Below, one piece after another: positions 49,939 through 63,179 of a DNA stretch of 64,000 bases (within the stretch, counting starts at the first letter, position 1; every line of letters starts with the position of its first letter). Origin of the DNA: Lama glama (Eukaryota); the NCBI GenBank assembly GCA_028534125.1, contig CM052817.1, positions 25,422,001 through 25,486,000 on the forward strand, in the 5' to 3' direction. Made by a program: the position numbers and the translations under genes. The notes below the pieces were generated by a model, which searched no databases, had not been told where the DNA came from, and saw only the letters and a list, made by a program, of their open reading frames with translations.

Positions 49939-52719
49939 GTAAGTATCCTGAGGCCTGCCCGGCATTTGCGTAGTGGTGTGCATCTTGGAGCCTGGAATGG
50001 AAGCGCGGGCTTCCAGCGCGGGATGTGGTGTGGACTGCCGGGACCACCTTGTCGTGCGGGGCAGCCGCTGGGCCAGATGGGGAATCTCTCCAAAAACAGT
50101 GTGCTCTGTGACACACACAGCATTGAGATAACTACATCACGTTTTCAGTTAATTGGTCACCCACGGTATTGCCACTTTACCTCATAAATCAGTGTTATGT
50201 TGTTTTTTCTCGTCCTTCCAGACTATGTGTGTATAGTTTCCCATCCTTATCCCTACGTGGATTGAGGTTGGTGTTCTGGATACTCCACTTAAGGTTAGAT
50301 CCTGAAAAGGGTCCCACATCATCCTTCCTGTTACTTCTCATAGAGTATAGTGTTTATCTGACGGGGGAGGGCTTTAATCAGTGTTTTCAGGCCGACCACA
50401 TGCACGAGAAAGATCCTCCAGAACCAGTCCTGTGGCACAGAAAGTTGACCATATCGCTCAGAGAAGCTTGGCATTAAAGAACTCTTCGGTCTCGTCAGTC
50501 ATGTCTGCCCTAGAATGTTCAGCTGCTTTAGAACTGCCCCCCGGTAGGAAGTTGACACTGTGTTGGTTGGCGTCCACGCACCTGAACAGCAGTTTGTAAT
50601 GTGATGGTGTTACGCACAGGCGAAGGAACTTCATGAATGGGATTTGCCACTGTAGATACCCTTGACTTCTGCCGGGGATTTCACTGGAGGCTGTGTTTGT
50701 AGTGGGTACAAATGTGACCCTTGGACACAACATCTTGGATCCCAGCTCTGCTCTCGGCTGTTTGTATGACCTTGGCCTGTCATTTAGTCTTGCTGCTTCT
50801 GTTTCTTCTTTATTTGCATTATTAGTTGCAATTATTTTTCTGGTGTTAAGGTGCTTTTGACATTGGATTTAATGGCCGGCTTCTTAGCACAAAGGAAGTA
50901 CAATTATTGTCTCCTCGGCCTCCCTTCCGTCATATTCCTCCCCATAGCACCTTTTCGCCAACTTTTCTGCTCACCTTTCTCTTTTACTCTCTGCCCCCTT
51001 ATCCCTTACACAGTTAATTCTGCAACAGAATGTGAATTCTCTGGTTTTAGAATAGCTGTTTTGTGGAACTTCATATATATTTTAGTCATATCCACATTCA
51101 GCCCAAGTAGGTGCCTTCATAATACCTCATGTGTTGTTATTTGCACTGAATTATAGTCAGTATTTGGGAGAGGAGATGTTGTCATCCTGACAGATGAAGA
51201 GAATGAATCTTCTCACCCAGGCACATCAGCAGGGAGAGAGTCTGATGGACTTGGACGTCACTGCCCTTCACAGTTGCATAGTGCTCTCTTGCCCCCTAAA
51301 AGGAAGCTTCTCCAAGTGTTTTCAAAGGAGCCATCTCTCTCCCAAAACGCACGTGGGAGTCAGAGCAGATAGAGAACTGATGAGCCAGGACAGAAATAAC
51401 TCGCCTGTAACCTCACGGTTAACAGCAGAGAGGGCCTGGCCTGATCTGCTTCCAGATGAGTGTTCTTCCCGCCATGTTCAGCCCACATCTAGCCAGTTGC
51501 ATCTGCTCTGCACTTGAGTGAAAGGGAAAACAGAAAGACCCGACCAGAATGGACACATCTTGGGGGCTGAATTACCTCTTTTTTAGGATGGTGGGTGTCT
51601 CTGGCAAGGTAACTGTCAACTTGGCTTGCACCTGAAGTTGTCCCTGCACAGGTGATGGAAAAAATGCTATAAAGCCAACTGCCCACAGAGGGAGGGGCCC
51701 ACTGGCTGAAAAGGGGTTATTCCAAGGTCTGGGTATGCACAGCAGCGTAACACGGCAGGGAGGCAACAACTGTGCTCTCAGCACTGCTGTGAAGAGGATG
51801 CTGCTTCTCTCTTCTGTCTTATTTCACACAGTGTTATTTTGATGATCTCAAGCTGAATGGCCTTTAATGATTAATGAGTAATGTGCTTATTCTAATGCTG
51901 ACCTAAGAATGCATCTTGCCTCTCAGAAAATTCACGAGATTAGCCACAGCTGGGACATGTACTCTTCAAGTAGTTCTCTCACAGATGTGATTAAGTAATG
52001 CCTTGGAGTGTGCCCAGTAGCAGCCCACATAGGAAGCCAGCTCGCCAGGAAAGAATCCCTGGAAACCAGGCTTCTGGTATCACTTTGATGAGACAACCCC
52101 AGTCACATTTGCCTTAGGAAACCCTTTAGAGGGCGGGCTTTAACATACAGCTTTGAAATTCGTTTGGTTAATCATAGAATTATAGCTTTAGAATTATTTT
52201 TAAAGGTTCTCAAATGTATATCAGATTTCTTTTGTTATCTATTTACATGTGTGAAAATATATTTAGAACAGGAAGCTGGAGGATCAGATTTTCCCATTGA
52301 GTTGTGTGTGTGAATTGTAGCAAACTTAAGAGGGATGAGCTTAACTCAAAACAGTGACCAGGTCTCTGATATTTAATAGCTGTTCTAACTTCTGGGTTGT
52401 AATGATCCCAAACAACCTCCTTAAAACTGAGCAGTGAGACCAAAAAGGGCGAGTGAGGTTCCAGGATTCTGATGTCCAGCCGCAGCCTGTACCAACATCC
52501 GGCTCTTTAGAGATGGGCTGCTGACCACTCTTGAATGATGCTGGCTTTCGAGGGAGATGTTGGCTGGAGTAGAGATTTCCTGATCTGATGTTGGGACATC
52601 CCCAAAAAAACCCTCATGAAATTAAATAGCTGCAGGGGCAAAGTATGCAAATGGGTTTCTGAACCTTGAAATATTAGCAGCTACCGTTTAGTAGATTTGC
52701 ATCTGGAACAGATAACATT

Positions 52720-52855
52720 CTTGTAAGTGCTCTGCGTGCATTACTCACAAAGCCTCCTGAGGTCATTTTATTCTCATCCTCATCTTACAGAGAGGACACC
52801 CTTGCCAAGGGTCACAGGGGCTATCTAGTGGCAGAGCTGGAATTTAAAGCTGGGT
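52720..52855. mobile_element. MIR fragment
   Basis: TTATTCTCATCCTCATCTTACAGAGAGGA..TTGCCAAGGGTCACA..AGTGGCAGAGCTGGAATTTAAA. Confidence 0.6.
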
Positions 52856-54479
52856 ACCATTTTTGATGGTAACATTTTCATAAAATGAGCAACTGAAAAA
52901 GCGATTGTAACTACTGCCCAGAAACTATTAAACAGATTCCCAACCCATAAAACCTAATAACTGGGAGAGACTTCTAAAGTCATGTGGGATTCTCTCTGTG
53001 TGCCAGGGGCACATGAGATACCTTTAACCATTTATTTTTTTCCCCTCAGCATTTTATTTCCTCAAGTTCTCTTAATGAAGATGAAACATTTTCAATCGAT
53101 GGCATTAAAGTTGAAAGTTAAAAATAAACTGATAACTGTTCTTTTATTGAAGGATCTTAAATTAATAATTCGACTTTATAAAAACTCTGTACATAAACCT
53201 CTCACTTCTGTTTTCTCTGCTCTTTGTACATTTCTATAATTGAAGTCCTGAAGTCCTTTTTCTTCCCCAACCCCTCCACCCCCATCACTAGTTCATGCGC
53301 ACTTTTCCATGTATCTAAACTTGGCTCTTTTATTCTTTTGTATCATCTAAGCATGGGGTAGGAAGGTAAAGTGATACTCAAAACTGAGTTTTCTTTGCTA
53401 ATAATAAGTGAGAAGTAAGGTTACTTAAGATAAAATGCACTTGTTATTCGCTTCCTAGTCACTTCTTAGGGTGCCTGAAAAAGTTGTTGATGAGGCATGT
53501 GTACTTCTTAACATTTTTACCAAGATAAAAAACAAGTTTCGTTTCAGGGACTCTCTTGATTTTTATGGCTAAATTTTATCTCTTTTTTTTTTCTTTTTTA
53601 TCTCACAAGATTGCTTGTTTACCTCATCAAATTCTTTTTTTTCTTTTCACCAGTTTTTTCCCCCCATACGTACTTGTTCAAAACATTCATATGTTATTTG
53701 GAACATTTTAAGAGCTTTAGATTTTAGATTCAAAAGAAAAAGAAATCGGTTACAGTTAGAGACCAACTACATAAGCTTGTGGTGTATCACGTAATTAGGC
53801 ATTAGGAAGGCAAGTGGGTGAATTGGAGTTTTTAAATTACTTACATCAATCAGCAAGGAAACCTGAAAAAACTACAAATTTTTTCCCATTTCTTCCCCAT
53901 TTGCCTTTTCTCTCCACCAGAATTTCCTGAAAAAGAAAGTTCATAGCAATGATACTTAATGTAATTTAATTTCAAATCCATCATGGGAAGGTGTGCAGAT
54001 GTGGGAGTGGAGTCTGGGCGAGAGCAGTCAGGAGTGGGAAGATGTCAGGCAGCCAGTGGGGGAGTGGGCCCTGCGTCTGGAGCCCACCCGCGTCCTGGGT
54101 GAGGGGCTTCCTCGCCTGGCCGCCAGCACTGCCTGAAGTTCCCCTTGGAGCAGGGATACTAGTGACAGTAAAAGTTTGAGTTTATGATGACAGCAGTGCC
54201 AACCTTTTTTTTTTCCTCTTGGAAGAGCCAGCATTTGAAAACCAAATGTGAATTGAGTCTCTTTAAGACTCAAACGAAATGCCAATTATATAAAGGCTAA
54301 AACAGATACATCCTACAGTGTGGTTGCCTGAGACTTAGGAATTTGACCTTGTACATCTTCCCCTAAAGAACAATAAATGGAAACTAGGGCAACCTGTTAG
54401 AAAACACAGTACAGAGTTCAGCATCGCCTAGGAGCACGAAGTTCTACAAGACGGCAAATTTTTATTGAGGGGAAGAGAC

Positions 54480-54675
54480 TCTCCTAGCACTTTGCGCCTC
54501 CCTCGAGCGTGGCACCTAACCCTTCTTACTGTCCTTACTTATCTACATGTCTGTCTCCCCCTAGAGTGTGAGCTCCTCCAGGGCAGGAACCCTGTTTTTA
54601 TTCATCTTTGTGTCCCGGTGCCAAGCACAGTGCCTGGCTCATGGTAGGTGCTCACTCCATGTTTGTTGAATGAAT
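54480..54675 (+). mobile_element. L2 3'-end fragment
   Basis: TGTCTGTCTCCCCCTAGAGTGTGAGCTCCTCCAGGGCAGGAACC..GCACAGTGCCTGGC..GTAGGTGCTC..TGTTTGTTGAATGAAT. Confidence 0.8.
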
Positions 54676-54837
54676 ATAGCAGTGCTTCTTGGGTTGATCA
54701 GCTAATTTCTTTTTATTTATTTTGTTGGGTTTGTTTGTTTGTTTGTTTTTTGCCCAGTGTTGTTAATGCTTTTGGTAGACGGAAGGGAAGGAAGAGTCTT
54801 TCACTCAACATTTTGCATTTGACATTGGCTTTCCTAG

Positions 54838-54998
54838 GAATCACCCTTCAGTCATCGTGCAGCCCGGGAAGAGACCTTTACCTGTGGAGTCCCCAGACAC
54901 CCAGAGGAAGCGGCGGATACACAGATGTGATTATGACGGATGCAACAAAGTGTACACTAAAAGCTCTCACTTGAAAGCACACAGAAGAACACATACAG
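54838..54998 (+). CDS. KLF3: KLF3 exon 5 ([53 protein letters not shown]), basic NLS-like stretch + zinc finger 1
   Basis: Acceptor CTTTCCTAG|, donor CAG|GTACTA; 161 nt; C2H2 finger. Confidence 0.98.
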
Positions 54999-57076
54999 GT
55001 ACTAGAAATATATACAAGACTCGCTTCATCTTTCTTCGGAAGGACTGTAGTGGACTGTTAAAGACAAGCGTTCTGGCTTTCAGAGGTTGTTATGATGAAA
55101 GTTTTCCAGGCATCTTGAAAGTTACTGTAGTTGGCTACAGATGTCTCTTGTCAGTTGTGAGAAGTGAAGTTTTTGCTCATGATTTGCTTTGGTAATAGAC
55201 TAGACTCAGGGTTATCCCTGTCACAAGGCGCCTCACACCTGCTTGCAGTTCTGTGGTCACTGGAGTCAGGGAGAGAGCAGGGCATGGAACCTCCGCTGGG
55301 AACAGAGGAGGAAGTGCCCTTACCCGTGGGCTGTCATTTAATAAATGTTGTACGTTATCAAATTTGCAATAGTTAAAAAAACAAACAGTTCTTTATGCAG
55401 AACAGTTTATAGAAATGGAATTCAAATGGAAGACAGTCACTGAAAGAAAGAAAAGTGAAGAAATTGGGATAATTATCCTCTTCTAAGACTGAGGGAACTT
55501 TTATGTGATTGCCTGCCATATTTGTTTAAGGGTATTTTTCAACCTGCCCAGTGTTGAATGTAGAGCGAGCTGTGCCACCAGACCTTATAAACATTTTTAA
55601 ATGGGTGAAGAAAACATAAAATTGTTCTGTGAGCTCATGAACATTTTGTAGCAAAACATCTTAAGGAATTCGTGCAGAAATGTTTTCAACAACCTGGTTA
55701 ATTGCAGTCAGTGTTGGTGCTTAATGTTCGTGGTAGGACTCATCTGACCTAACCTCACACTCTTGGATGTGAATTTCTAGTGTAACAGCAATTTCCGCTT
55801 CTGTACATTTTCCTTAACTCAGTGGAGAATTTCTGGCGTCTTGTGAGTCATTCTGACATAGAGAAGAGTGTGGGATTTAGAGGAGAAAAGGGGAAGAAAG
55901 TGTCTGGCAGAGCGGAAGTAAAGACTTCCCAGCGCCTCCTGGGGAGGGGGCAGAGGACGCCGAGGGAGTTCAGCCCAAGTACAGCTGTCCTTTGGCTTCC
56001 TGATGTGTCATAAAGCAGAGAGCTGCTGGTGGTGTTTGGAGGAGCAGCCAGGCAGCAGTGCCAAACAGAATCATGAAAGCGTCCCCAGGGCATGAACAGG
56101 ACCTGAGAGGTGGAAGTTGTTACCACAGTCCAGCCCAAGACTAGAAAGGCATCGGCTATTTGGACAACAATTCAGAGATGTAGGAAGAATAACCCTTAGC
56201 TTTTATACTCTGTGCAGCAAAGTAGATAATTTAAATTCTGAAATATCTCATTGAAATGCCAAGGAATAGCATCCTTTAGGGTTTCTAGAAAACAAGGAAT
56301 AGTAAATGGGAATGAATCTGTGATGCCCACTACCTGGTATTATGAATTTAAATATGTAGGGCTTTCATTTACAGCCCTTTTATTTGTAAGGAACTTCATG
56401 CTGGCTGTCCCAGCGATTTCCCCACAAGGGTCTCCTGTTCCGCACCTGATATGATCAGTATCCCACAGGAGAGGGTTATAGAAACCCGACTTCTTATGGT
56501 ATGGAGAGGAATTACTGTATTTTCTGTGCATCTGAATTAAAGCATTATTAGGCATTGTCATCACTGACTAAACAAAAAATAAAATGTTGAAATCCCTGAC
56601 ATATTTCAGAGACTTCCAAGTTTTTAGAAAACTATTGAAAAGAATAAGAAAATCTCTCAAACTTTCCAATTGGACTTCTCATTGAATGGATAGCGCGGCA
56701 TAAAACTAAGCAACTAAGTAGAGAGCAGTAAATACAGATCACCAGGTGCTAAGTTATTCATCCCCACTATTGAGGGCAAACCTGAAATTATTTAGTAGCC
56801 CCTCAGAATGGGTTTCAGTGCCATAAATATGAACTCTTAAAATATACACCCACCCCTCTTTGGAGACAGAGAGCTCATTAAATATTAAGACAATTAATGA
56901 ATTTTTGTTTTCCCGTAGTGGTTTATAAGGCATTGGTTTATAAGGGACAAACGTATGAACATATTTTGGAAATAATAATTGTCAAGAGCTATAGCTCAAA
57001 AATATTTACTGTCTTTGGTTATTAATATCCTATTGCTTTCAGAAAAAAATAAACACTTTTCCTCCTCTTTCTGCAG

Positions 57077-57258
57077 GAGAAAAACCCTACAAATGTACAT
57101 GGGAAGGATGCACATGGAAGTTTGCTCGGTCTGATGAACTCACAAGACATTTCCGAAAACACACTGGAATCAAACCTTTCCAGTGTCCAGACTGTGACCG
57201 CAGCTTCTCCCGCTCTGACCACCTGGCCCTGCACAGGAAGCGCCACATGCTCGTGTGA
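57077..57258 (+). CDS. KLF3: KLF3 exon 6 coding part ([60 protein letters not shown]), zinc fingers 2-3
   Basis: Acceptor CTTTTCCTCCTCTTTCTGCAG|; TGA at 57256-57258; total CDS 57+487+151+161+182 = 1038 nt. Confidence 0.98.
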
Positions 57259-60200
57259 ATGCGTCCGTCTCCCGCCTCCGCGTGGCTCCCCACTCACCCA
57301 GCTCTCTCTCTGCCCTCTCTCCCATTATCTAATTCATTTTTTACATGTACATTTTAATTTGGATTCAGCTGGTCTGAATCTCTGAATTTCTATCATTCAA
57401 ACTTCCATATGGTCAGTAGTAAATATTCTCTAATCCTCCCTCTCCTTACCACGGGTCAGACCTAAAGAATGTGAACACTTTTTTTTTTTCCTTTCCTGGG
57501 GATGCTAAGCAAACCCTTCTTAGAGATACGTTTAATGTCATGAGAACAAGGGAACATGTAAAGTAACAACCAATTGTCGGTTTCTCCATGTATTCCTCTA
57601 AAGAACGTCAAAGTAAATGTATTAGAAATATGGTATCCAGCCTGCTAGTCCTTGCCAGAGACATCCAGACCTCTGAGCCCTGCAATGGCCTTCAGCTCCA
57701 CGGTGAAAAGAAAGGTGGAGCCTTCCACAGCCGAGCAGCAGGATGTCAGACTAGTGCAGTCAGCTCTTCCATTGTCCTGCACAAATCCGGCTTGTCAACT
57801 TGGATTTAGCACTTCATCTACATTTACATCTTTCCCTCCTTTGTGCCTGCAGCTACTAAGGAGGTCTTTGCCGCCACTGGGAGGTGAGCCAGAGCTGCTG
57901 ATTTAGGTGAGCGCTGTCCTCCATGGAGGGGATGAATGCTGTACTTGCATAGCATGGAGTCGGAGCACAGGGGCCGAGCAGGGCGGGTGAAGGGGGAAGC
58001 CAGCCTCTCCTGCTGGGCTAAGGCTTTTCAGTGAGAATTCATCATTTGGTTAGCTGGGCAGCACGCTCCTAGAGCTTTGATCTCCATGCAGATTTAGCTG
58101 TGCGGGACCCCACTGCAAAGCCAGGTGCTGATGGGGTTATCCACGCACCTGTCTCCATTCTTACGATGTCCTTAATGTGGATCGCCAAGCGTTGATCGTA
58201 GGGACACCACAAAAGTATTTGCCCAATAATGGTAAAAAAAAAAAAAAATCTTTTGGGTAAGGGTATGAATGACCTCTTCCCCAACCTGCTTACCACCACT
58301 TTTGCAAACAGGGAAACGTTGAGTGGCCATTGTATTCCCATATCAAATTATCGTAGAGCTCTCCTACGGTGACTCTTGCATGTGAGCTGTCCGGTGCCAG
58401 ACTGCCTGTCATTTCTGTTCATGACACATACCTGCTAATGCTTTAGTAGTTTCCTTCCATTTAAGACCTGAGTGACACTATTTGTAAATATATAGTTGTG
58501 AAGCACACATAGCTTTCTTTGAGGGACAGATTTCTGAAAAATCTAGAAAACCACAGTTCAGGGATTCATATATGTAGCTCAGAAATTCCCAAACGTTTCC
58601 CGTTGGAGCCGGCAATCTCCTTTCATTATCTGGGATCCTGTCAGAGGAACAAACCGAAAATGACTCGTGTTTATGTGGAAGATGAATAGCACCATTATTT
58701 GAGGGAAGTTTTTCAAAAGCAGGCTTTTGAGCACCAGAGTATCAATTCCAATAAAAAGAATTCATGCGTAGAAATGCCATTGGTCCTAAATTTGAAGAAA
58801 TTGGGCGACAGTGGTCTAAATGTGGTGCATATAAGCAGACGCACCTTCATCCCTCGACAAAGAATGGAGGAGCAGAGAGAAGAATGGAATCCTGAAGACT
58901 GATCCCAGCCACAACTCAGGATCCAACACAACCCTACCTGGGAGGAATACAGTCACTGGTTTCTGAGACATCGGTGCGTGAGTGACTCTGGAGGCCTGCA
59001 AACCGTGTGGGGAGCTTACTCTGATGGCGCTGTGTTAATAAAAGGTAGTTGTAGGGACTGCACACCTCAGAGACCCCGCTTATCAGCCCTCGGAACCAAC
59101 TGAGAGGAGATGTAGTTGAGAAATGCAAAGTAATTTGTCATCTTGGCACTTGGTTTTTATTTTCTTTATTTTTTTTTCTTTTTTAAGCACTGCAAGATTT
59201 GTTTAGAATATTAAAACATCCTTATTAGGCTCTTTTTTTTTTTTGCAACTATGACATGAATTGAGGGATTTAAAAAATGGCTCTTGGGAACGTAGGTATT
59301 GTCTGTATTGTAAATGTTAGTCACCTTCATGCCAAAGTGTTTATTGCTTGAAATGGTCCTTCCACAACGCACCGAAGAATTATGTTGGAGTAAAAAGAGC
59401 ATCTTTGTTTTAATGGAAGTAACCAGTTTATGTATGTTCTAACCCACCTAGAAGGTGGGGAAAAGTGGCAAGAAAGGGTCAAGTTGATATTTGACTAACG
59501 AGCTTTGAGTCTAAGTCCAGCTAATAGAAAGCTTCATGAGTTCTCATGGAATTTGATGTGTTTGCTATGGCATATTTAAATTTTTTTCAAAAAAGCAAGC
59601 AAGACCCTGCCAAGACTATTACATTACTATTCAGCTTGCTCAGGTGTTGCTAACAGTTTGTTAACAAAGATTTCATTTTAACCCTGAAAAAAGAGCAACC
59701 AGGGAAGCTATTCTCTGTTCCCATGCTGGTCTGTATACTTTAGTTACCAATTGGCTCGTAACAAATTTTCCTTTTTTTATATATATTTGTATTTTACTAT
59801 AATAGTTGAGAAATTTAGTCTCTTAGTAATTTTTAGCTGTTATGGTGGAAAACCTCCAATATAAGATAAGGTGCCCTTGAACGTGTGGTTTCGATAATAA
59901 GCCATGTTAACTATCAATGGTGATTTTAACTGCAATATTTTAAATTGATGAGAATGATTTGTAACACGAAGTTAGTGTTGTAAATTCTGTTTGTTATAGA
60001 ATTCTTTGATTATTATCCAAGTGTCATCATGGGGAAGAAGTCAGAAAAATGAAAATCCGCATTCATTATGTTCTAGAGTTCTAAAATGCGAATCTACATC
60101 ATAAACGGGCATTAACATTCTAAATCGCCTGGCTTGGAGAACGTGTTAGCAGCATAGCTATGTTCAACTAAGGAAATGCTAAATACCAGAAGTTTCAAGA

Positions 60201-61021
60201 GCCTTGGGACGGATTTACAGGGGAACTGTATACGTATGTGTGTATTTTATTCAACACCCATCTGCACTTATCAGTGTTGCACTAACATGGAATTTGAAAA
60301 ACTATTGCTGATACCTGTCTGTCTGGACATCACTCCTGATTAGATTGTTTCAAAGACAATCTCAGATCTCAGTTTTAAAATACTTTGATTGGTTTGAAAA
60401 TACACCATCATCTTGAAGGAATTGCTGTCACACATGAAGTTGCTCACAGTTGTCTTTAGTCTCTTTTTGGTCAAGGTTAACAATTTCTAAATGATTGCAA
60501 ATTCACTTAATACATTTACAAAGCCATTTTACATGCATTAAACGAGGGCTACAACAATATTATGTTTTACAAATACTAGCACTTTTTTTTCTTTTTTTGC
60601 TGTTATGTATTTAGTGTTAGAGGGTCAAAATAATCTTTCTGCTTAGCATCTCTTAAACCATACCTGCAAGTGTAGCAGGATTATTACATTTACAGTACTT
60701 TAATACTTGTATAAACTATGCAGAAATTTTTAATAAAGTGTAATATATTTTATAAGCTAATAAGACTGAATGGGTAAAGGTTTTTAGCATGCATTAGTAT
60801 ACTTGCAAATACTGAAACATTTTGGTAATCTTTCTTACTAAAGATGTGAATGTTTAATGTACCTTCTCTGTTTCTACTCTGTAGTCCAATGGGAATTCAG
60901 TAATGACATTTTGTCATGTCAAACTGTGAACATAAATTTGTACTGTACAGTCCTCATATACTATATACAGTATGCAATATATGTATTATATACTTGTTAA
61001 TAAAACCATCAGAATATTAAA
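57259..61021 (+). other. KLF3: KLF3 3'UTR (~3.8 kb)
   Basis: No obvious TE, AU-rich distal part, ends shortly after AATAAA 60999-61004. Confidence 0.75.
60999..61004 (+). terminator. KLF3: Distal polyadenylation signal AATAAA
   Basis: Upstream TGTA motifs (60939-60985) and downstream GT-rich TGTGATCATGTGAGTACTATGTATG. Confidence 0.75.
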
Positions 61022-62429
61022 TGTGATCATGTGAGTACTATGTATGCAGTGATCACTCGGAACAAAACTTAGCAATGTAACATGTAGGAGTCCCTCCATT
61101 GACTTTTCAAAGTAAATCACCCTTGGATAGGCAGTCACTAGTGAAGGGAAAGAAAAACAAATCTAACTGGAAGATGCACTGTATGAGTTCAGTCTGCGCT
61201 AAAGCTATGTCTCTGGTTTTCTGATAACGGGAAGTCTAAGTACAAACCATAAACTTGTAGACAACCCAGCATAAACCTGCAAACTCACCTAGTGCATTCT
61301 TGAAATACTTTGTTTATGACCCTATCTCCTTCCAAAAGGTATTTTCAGTGCCTTGTATGTAATATTTTGAATTTTCGAATGAAAGATCAGGAATCACAGC
61401 TTGAGCAGTAGGGAATCAGGAATAGGACAGTAACCATTAAAGTAAGTAATTCCAGATAAACATTTTTCAAGCCGTCAGTCAGCCATCTCCATGGACGCTA
61501 GTATCCTTAGCATCATAGGAACAAGTAGTTTCTGGTGGGCATTTAGAGTTCTTGTTAAAGGCCAAATGTCCCCCCTCCCTCCCCCTAGATGTAACCAAGG
61601 CTGAGACACTGGCTTTTCAGGTCTCAGCAGCTTCCTCCAGCCAGACTTCATCTTTGCATAACATGAAGTGATGTCTGGCTGGCACTTGTCCCATGACTCA
61701 CCTTCACAGGTTAAGGGGAAGTAGGCTGAGGAGGAGGCTGAATTCAGCTTTCAGAGTACTCCATCAACTTTCTCCTGTTAACTTCTCTGCTTCTATACTA
61801 TGATAGTTGACTGCAAGCTCAATGTTACACACGACTGTTACATCCTAATGGAATATATCATCTTGGACGAGTCCAGATGATTGGCTGGAATCCTCCCACC
61901 ACACTTCATATATGCGTGAGATGGCACCTGCTGAGTTCACAATGAGAGCCAGCCTTCTAAGGAAATACTTCGTGAAAGTTGGATGCTCCCTGGGTGAGGG
62001 ATCACAATGGTGACAAACAGAGATTTTACAAGAAACAAACTTCTTTGAGGGATGGTTGAAGAAAGGAGGGATGTTCAGCACACACATGCACAAAATACGC
62101 AATCATTGCCTGATATTTTAAATGCTGTCGATCGAAGAAGGGACTAGGAGCCTTGCTGGGGGCAGGATATCGAGTCTGCTGAGCCTTAAAGGAAAGGCTC
62201 TGTTTTCGAATTCTCAAACGTATTACTTTGGTGGGGGACGGTTCTCAACAAATCTAGACATCTTTATTGCTTTGAGTGTTTCTGCTCTTTCTGTCCCTGG
62301 TTTTGCATTCCCTGCGGGCATCCTGAGTAGTCTGTGCTAAGGCTAGAAGCCAGAAACTGCACCTGAAGTTTCCTAGACCGGATCTCTTTTACATTGAGCA
62401 CACTCAATGTTTCCTCCTTCTCAAGACTG

Positions 62430-62908
62430 TGTATCAGTCAGGGTTCTCCAGAGAAATGGAACCAATAGGATACATGTGTATGTATTTATAGATATTTTTT
62501 GTATGGAATTACGGATTATGATGATGGAGGCTGAGAAGTCCCATGATCTGCTATTTACAAGCTGGAGACCCAGGAAAACCAGTGATGTGGACTATCAGGC
62601 TAGTCCAAAAGCCTGAGAACCAAGGGGAACCAGTGGTGTGAAGTCCAAGGGCAGGAGAAGACTAGTGTCCCAGCTTATGAAGACAGGAAGCAAAAGGGGC
62701 AAATTCTTCCTTCCTACATCTCTGTGTTCAGTGCAGGCCCTCAGTGAACTGGGTGATGCCCACCCACATTGGGGAGGCCATGTACTTTACTGAGTGTACA
62801 GATCCAAATGCTAATCTCATCCAGAAACACCCTCACAGGCACAATCAGAAATAATGTTAACTCTAGGCACTCTGTCACCCAGTCAAGTTGACAAAATTAA
62901 CCATCACA
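62430..62908 (-). mobile_element. MLT2-like ERVL solo LTR
   Basis: TGTATCAGTCAGGGTTCTCCAGAGAAA..GGAGGCTGAGAAGTCCCATGATCTGC..GCTGGAGACCCAGGAAA..AAAATTAACCATCACA. Confidence 0.85.
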
Positions 62909-63179
62909 CTGGAGAACTTCATCAGCCCAAGGACTTGGCTTCTACAGAACTCTGTCTGGAAGAGGAGGCCTTTGAAGACCTTCAAGGCTCATGGATCTGC
63001 TCCAGATTTCATCTCCTGCTGCAAAGTCCAACTGCTTCCTGGTCAGTCTCACACCTTCACAGCTATGCTCCTGCAATCCCTCAGTGAAACTGAAACCCCA
63101 GCACATGTTCAACCCAGCATCCTCAGGCCCTACTTCTTGATCTACACACTTGCCCCTGCCTCCTTGAGTTCACTCATTA

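Larger units (their letters stand above)
26486..61021 (+). other. KLF3: KLF3 transcription unit (6 exons)
   Basis: Exon chain from the CpG island to the distal AATAAA at 60999-61004; both ends approximate. Confidence 0.85.

Noticed and set aside
56918..56945. Direct repeat TGGTTTATAAGG x2
   Set aside because: Only 3 nt between copies; micro-duplication, not a TSD or array.
57074..57079. NAGNAG acceptor CAG-GAG at exon 6
   Set aside because: GAG is a poor distal acceptor and this pattern is forced by the TGEKP linker codons.
60903..60917. ATGACA-TTT-TGTCAT hairpin as a Roquin CDE
   Set aside because: The triloop is UUU, not pyrimidine-purine-pyrimidine.
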